Positions 59,469 to 64,000 of a DNA stretch of 64,000 nucleotides are shown here, in pieces. Each line of letters opens with the position of its first letter. The first letter of the stretch is position 1. The notes below the pieces were generated by a model. The model saw only the letters and a program-made list of their open reading frames with translations. It was not told the DNA's origin and did no database searches. A program made the position numbers and the translations under genes. The stretch comes from Niabella sp. (GTDB lineage: Bacteria; Bacteroidota; Bacteroidia; Chitinophagales; Chitinophagaceae). The stretch is from contig NZ_JASLGT010000014.1 in assembly GCF_030150205.1 (NCBI RefSeq), positions 22,166 to 86,165 of the forward strand, read 5' to 3'.

Positions 59469-60311
59469 ATGAAATTACAAAATTTTATAAAGGAGCTCTA
59501 CAAAACCCGTATCCGCCTGCTGGCGCTGGTATCCAAAAAGCGGGCAGGCAACTATGCCTTCCGGCTTTTTTGTACGCCGTTGGGCAAGACCAGCTATACG
59601 CTCAGCCCGCAGCTGCAGTCGGCGGAGCAGCTTTCCCTTGTATACGGGCAACAACCCCTAAAGGGATACCGCTGGAACAAAGGCGGGTTGCGCAAACTGC
59701 TGATTGCACATGGCTTTCGCTCGCATACGCAGCGGTTCGAGCACCTCATTCCCCAGCTAATCGAAAAAGGCTATGAGGTTACTGCATTTGATGCACCGGC
59801 ACATGGCCGGAGTGGCGGCAAACAGATCAACGCTATTGATTATATGCAGCTGATCACCCGCCTCACGGAACAATATGGACCTTTTGATACTTATATCGGA
59901 CATTCCTTTGGCGGACTGGCAGTAGCGCTGGCGGTTTCGGAACTCCCCCGCAATGCATCCATAAAAATGGTACTCTTTGCTCCCGCTGCCGACACCACCG
60001 GTCTTGCGGCCGTCTTTTTAAAACAAATGGCCATTACCGACCCGGAAATACAGCAACACTTCTTTAATAATGTACGCCGCCTCAGCGGTAAAGACCTGAG
60101 CTGGTTTACCATAAAAAGATGTTTGCCCGCTCTTCACAGCAGTATTCTCTGGATCCACGACAAGGACGACCGGATCACCCCGGTAAAGGAAGCCTACGAG
60201 ATACAGCAAATGGCTCCCGGCCATATCCGCTTTATTTTTACCGAAGGCCTGGGACATAGTAAGATCTATCGCGATTCCGCCATACTGGAAAAAGTAGCCG
60301 GATTCCTTTAG
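59469..60311 (+). CDS. alpha/beta hydrolase
   Basis: HGF, FDAPAHGRS, GHSFGG, HDKDD, GLGH. Confidence 0.9.
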   Translation: MKLQNFIKELYKTRIRLLALVSKKRAGNYAFRLFCTPLGKTSYTLSPQLQSAEQLSLVYGQQPLKGYRWNKGGLRKLLIAHGFRSHTQRFEHLIPQLIEKGYEVTAFDAPAHGRSGGKQINAIDYMQLITRLTEQYGPFDTYIGHSFGGLAVALAVSELPRNASIKMVLFAPAADTTGLAAVFLKQMAITDPEIQQHFFNNVRRLSGKDLSWFTIKRCLPALHSSILWIHDKDDRITPVKEAYEIQQMAPGHIRFIFTEGLGHSKIYRDSAILEKVAGFL

Positions 60312-60530
60312 CAAGATACGCACAATCGTTCGTTTTATCCTGTTCGGGGAGCTGCCGGAGCGCTGTACAGAAGGCATCATAGAATAATAATATATGGTAT
60401 AAATCTGTGAAAAGCAATACCTGAAAAGCAAAAACACGCACCCCCTCCGGGGAAAAATTAAGCGGATTTAAAAAAAAAATTCTAATCTTGCCCAAAATTT
60501 GGTAATAAAAAGCGTTGTTCAGAAAAGCAT

Positions 60531-63110
60531 ATGGCGAAGAATTTACTGATCGTGGAGAGCCCTGCAAAGGCAAAAACCATTGAGAAATTTTTAGGCAAAG
60601 ACTTCCAGGTTAAGAGCAGTTTCGGGCACATCCGTGATCTTGAGAAAGCGGGAATGGGTATCGATATTGAAAAGCAGTTTCACCCCCGCTATGTGGTTTC
60701 CGAAGGAAAAGAGAAGGTGGTGCGCGACCTGAAGAACCTGGCCTCAAAAAGCGAAGAAGTATGGCTGGCAACGGATGAGGACCGTGAGGGTGAGGCCATC
60801 AGCTGGCATTTATGTGAAGTGTTGGGACTGGATCCTAAAACCACCAAACGCATTGTTTTTAATGAAATTACCAAGCCGGCCATCCAGCAGGCAGTAGCAG
60901 CTCCGCGTCATGTAGACATGAACCTGGTAGATGCGCAGCAGGCCCGCCGGGTGCTGGACCGTATCGTTGGATTTGAACTAAGCCCGGTACTGTGGCGAAA
61001 AATAAGCGTGAAGAACAACCTGAGCGCAGGAAGGGTTCAAAGCGTTGCCGTGCGGCTGATTGCAGAAAGAGAACGCGAGATCAATGCCTTTGAGCCACAG
61101 AGCAGTTTTAAAATTGTGGCCATTTTTACGGCAACGGATATTGCCGGGAAAAAGATTTCTTTCAAGGCGGAAGGCGCCAAATTTAATAATGCAGCAGATG
61201 CTGAACGTTTTTTACAGTCCTGCCTGCATGCAGATTATACGGTAAAAGACATCCAGGTAAAACCGGGAAAACGCAGTCCCGCTCCCCCGTTCACCACTTC
61301 AACCCTGCAGCAGGAAGCCAGCCGGAAATTTGGCTATAGCGTAAGCCGTACCATGCAGCTTGCACAGCAGTTGTATGAAAACGGGCATATTACCTATATG
61401 CGTACCGACAGTGTAAACCTGAGTAATACGGCGCTTGGAGACCTTACCAATACCATTAAAAACATGTACGGGGAACAGTATCACCAGTTTCGCCGTTTTA
61501 AGAATAAAAACGAGAGTGCACAGGAAGCGCACGAGGCCATCCGTCCTACTTACATGAGTAATACCACGGTTGAAAATGCGGATTGGAAGCGGCTCTACGA
61601 TCTCATCTGGAAGCGTACTATGGCTTCCCAGATGGCCGATGCACAGCTGGAGAAGACCACGGCCAAAATAGAAATTTCCACCAATAAAGAGCACTTATCA
61701 GCAACCGGGGAAGTTGTAAAATTTGACGGGTTCCTGAAACTGTACCGGGAAGACCGCGATGATGAAGACATCCAGGAAGATGAGGCACAGGAAGGCATGC
61801 TGCCGCCGTTAACCATCGGGCAACAGCTTCCGCTTGTTGAAATGACCGGTACCGAACGGTTTACCCGTCCTTCGCCCCGGTATACAGAAGCCTCTCTTGT
61901 AAAAAAACTGGAGGAACTGGGCATCGGACGGCCATCTACCTATGCCCCTACCATTTCAACCATCCTGAAGCGGGAATATGTAGAAAAGCGCGATAAGGAA
62001 GGGCTGGAACGTAAATTCCGCATCATTACCTTAAAGGATAACCAGCTTTCGAAAAAGGAAAATACCGAAATCACCGGGGCCGAAAAAGCCAAACTGTTTC
62101 CGACCGACCTGGGATTGGTGGTAACCGATTTCCTGAAACAGTACTTTGAGAATATTATGGATTATGGCTTTACCGCCAGGATTGAGGAAGAATTTGATGA
62201 GATCGCTAACGGTAAACTTTCCTGGAATAAACTCATCGGCGAATTTTACCATCCGTTTAAGGAAGGCGTTGAGAATACCATCGAAACCGCGGAACGCATT
62301 AAAGGGGAACGGGAACTGGGCGCCGATCCGGGAACCGGGAAGCCGGTTATTGCCCGGATGGGCCGTTTTGGTCCGATGATCCAGATCGGGAATGCCGATG
62401 ATGAAGAAAAGCCACGGTTTGCAACCCTACGGAAAGGGCAAAGTATCGAAACCATCACCTTCGAGGAAGCCATGGACCTGTTTAAGCTTCCGGTAACATT
62501 AGGTACGTATGAAGAGAAAGAGGTATCCGTAAATGTAGGCCGTTTTGGTCCTTATGTAAAATGGGGGGAAGAATTTATCTCAATTCCCCGATCAGAAGAT
62601 CCGCTATCGGTTGATATGGAGCGTGCCATTGCATTGATCAGCGAAAAACAGGTTGCCGACGCTCCCATTGCTCATTTTGAAGAAAAGCCCGTTACCAAAG
62701 GTAAAGGCCGCTTTGGACCTTATATCAAATGGAATGATCTTTTTATCAATGTGCCCCGCCGCTACAATTTTGATAACCTTTCCCAGGCGGACATTGATGA
62801 ACTGATCAACACAAAACTGGAGAAGGAATCGAACCGGTATATTCAGCAATGGCCCGAAGAAAAGATCGCTCTTGAAAATGGACGCTGGGGTGCTTTTATC
62901 CGTTTTGGCAAAAAGATGGTGAAGCTTGGAAGAAAGGAAGACGGTTCAAAATATACACCGGAAGAGGTAGCTCAGCTGGATGTGGAAACGGTTAAAAAAA
63001 TGATCGAAGCTGAATTACCCGGTGCATTTTCAAAACCTGCAAAGAAAACCGCAGCAAAAAAAGCTCCCGCTAAAAAGAAAGCAGCTGCGAAAAAGACCAC
63101 GAAAAAATAA
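60531..63110 (+). CDS. topA: DNA topoisomerase I
   Basis: IVESPAKAK, ATDEDREGE, SAGRVQS, ITYMRTDS, GIGRPSTYA, Topo_C repeats, Lys-rich tail. Confidence 0.98.
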   Translation: MAKNLLIVESPAKAKTIEKFLGKDFQVKSSFGHIRDLEKAGMGIDIEKQFHPRYVVSEGKEKVVRDLKNLASKSEEVWLATDEDREGEAISWHLCEVLGLDPKTTKRIVFNEITKPAIQQAVAAPRHVDMNLVDAQQARRVLDRIVGFELSPVLWRKISVKNNLSAGRVQSVAVRLIAEREREINAFEPQSSFKIVAIFTATDIAGKKISFKAEGAKFNNAADAERFLQSCLHADYTVKDIQVKPGKRSPAPPFTTSTLQQEASRKFGYSVSRTMQLAQQLYENGHITYMRTDSVNLSNTALGDLTNTIKNMYGEQYHQFRRFKNKNESAQEAHEAIRPTYMSNTTVENADWKRLYDLIWKRTMASQMADAQLEKTTAKIEISTNKEHLSATGEVVKFDGFLKLYREDRDDEDIQEDEAQEGMLPPLTIGQQLPLVEMTGTERFTRPSPRYTEASLVKKLEELGIGRPSTYAPTISTILKREYVEKRDKEGLERKFRIITLKDNQLSKKENTEITGAEKAKLFPTDLGLVVTDFLKQYFENIMDYGFTARIEEEFDEIANGKLSWNKLIGEFYHPFKEGVENTIETAERIKGERELGADPGTGKPVIARMGRFGPMIQIGNADDEEKPRFATLRKGQSIETITFEEAMDLFKLPVTLGTYEEKEVSVNVGRFGPYVKWGEEFISIPRSEDPLSVDMERAIALISEKQVADAPIAHFEEKPVTKGKGRFGPYIKWNDLFINVPRRYNFDNLSQADIDELINTKLEKESNRYIQQWPEEKIALENGRWGAFIRFGKKMVKLGRKEDGSKYTPEEVAQLDVETVKKMIEAELPGAFSKPAKKTAAKKAPAKKKAAAKKTTKK

Positions 63111-63118
63111 GTACTATA

Positions 63119-63515
63119 GCATTGCGTCGTGGCGTGAAACCTGGCCACAAAGACTCCAAGACGCTAAGAAACACAAAGGGAAAAGAGCGCTAAACCGTTG
63201 CGTCATCGGGTGAAAATAAGCCACAGGGGCGCTGAAACACTGAAGAAGTGTTTACCTGTGGCATTGCGTCGTTGCTCCTTTGCGCCGTGGCGTGAAACCT
63301 GGCCACGAAGACTCCAAGACACAGAGCAACACAAAGGGAAAGGAACCTAAACCGTTGCGTCATCGGGTGAAAATAAGCCACAGAGACGCTGAAACACTGA
63401 AGGAATGTTCACCTGTGGCATTGCGTCGTTGCTCCTTTGCGCCGTGGCGTGAAACCTGGCCACGAAGACTCCAAGACTCTAAGAAACACAAAGGGAAAAG
63501 AGCGCTAAACCGTTG
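63119..63515. repeat. tandem ~157-bp REP-like unit, ~2.5 copies
   Basis: CGTGGCGTGAAACCTGGCCAC at 63128, 63286, 63443. Confidence 0.9.
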
Positions 63516-64000
63516 GAGCACTCCCCTGCATCGTTTGCCGGATCCCATCACGATAGCTCGTGGGCTTAACCCCGAATGCCTTTATAAATTTTGAGCTGTC
63601 AAAATAATAATCCTGACTGTTCTGATACTGCATTTCCCGGAGTTCTTTAATGGTGCGGGAAAACAATCCGCCCAATGCCAGCAGCAGTGGCGACAAAACA
63701 AAATAGCGGGGCTTTATATGCATCTGTGCGGCGGCCAGTTCAATTAATTGCTTGCCGGTAAGGCGCTCCTCCGATGTAGGCAAATGCCATACCTGGCCAT
63801 AAGCGGATTCTGTATTGCCCAGCATGGCTGTAGCCTTCGCCGCGTCCGGTGTATAGGTGAAGGAATGTATTTTATGTGCATTGGTTTGCCAGTTGGCACT
63901 GCGCCCTTTTTTAAAATTATCCAGTACCAGCTGGTTTAAGATGCCATTCCGGGCGCCCGGACCATAAAAATCGGCACTGCGGGCAATAAGATAACGCAAT
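63505..64000 (-). CDS. NAD-dependent epimerase/dehydratase family protein, 5' part outside the window
   Basis: IARSADFYGPG, HSFTYTPDAA, QVWHLPT, FDSSKF. Confidence 0.85.
   Translation of the reverse strand, partial: LRYLIARSADFYGPGARNGILNQLVLDNFKKGRSANWQTNAHKIHSFTYTPDAAKATAMLGNTESAYGQVWHLPTSEERLTGKQLIELAAAQMHIKPRYFVLSPLLLALGGLFSRTIKELREMQYQNSQDYYFDSSKFIKAFGVKPTSYRDGIRQTMQGSAPTV

Noticed and set aside
63119..63515. CRISPR array or small ORFs in the topA downstream repeats
   Set aside because: Whole 157-bp units repeat with no unique spacers; the ORFs are translations of the repeat.

Overview
Core-chromosome window from a Bacteroidota genome, probably Chitinophagaceae (Niabella-like); this is inferred from gene content and TAnnTTTG promoters. 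It holds about 53 CDS and one tRNA-His. Main blocks: cobB/VWA region, a Phe/Tyr catabolic cluster (phhA, aminotransferase, hppD, hmgA, fahA, no maiA), an RND efflux operon, a copper-efflux cluster, a GH35 plus 3-keto-glycoside-type sugar cluster, a wecB/GT operon and housekeeping genes (pyrE, maf, kdsC, topA). No prophage, IS transposase or CRISPR-Cas is visible. The most unusual signal is intergenic. (1) An AT-rich GxxExxY (PD-(D/E)XK-like) gene sits inside ~40-bp inverted arms (AACCGCGGAGAA...GCGGAGAT), and many gene-less hairpins with related AACC(G/A)..(C/T)GGTT ends and 8-9-nt periodic arms are scattered through the window, resembling a RAYT/REP pair with a different enzyme. (2) A second family has 7-nt periodic arms, including a ~900-bp array. 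(3) MITE-like cassettes with AATGCCGTTTCCTTAA ends carry different repeat cargo and insert into heptamer tracts. These repeats often abut or supply stop codons. Also seen: a structured RNA candidate upstream of hppD, twin activator-type promoters in the copper cluster, a BlaI-like double operator, and a gene with no canonical start codon.
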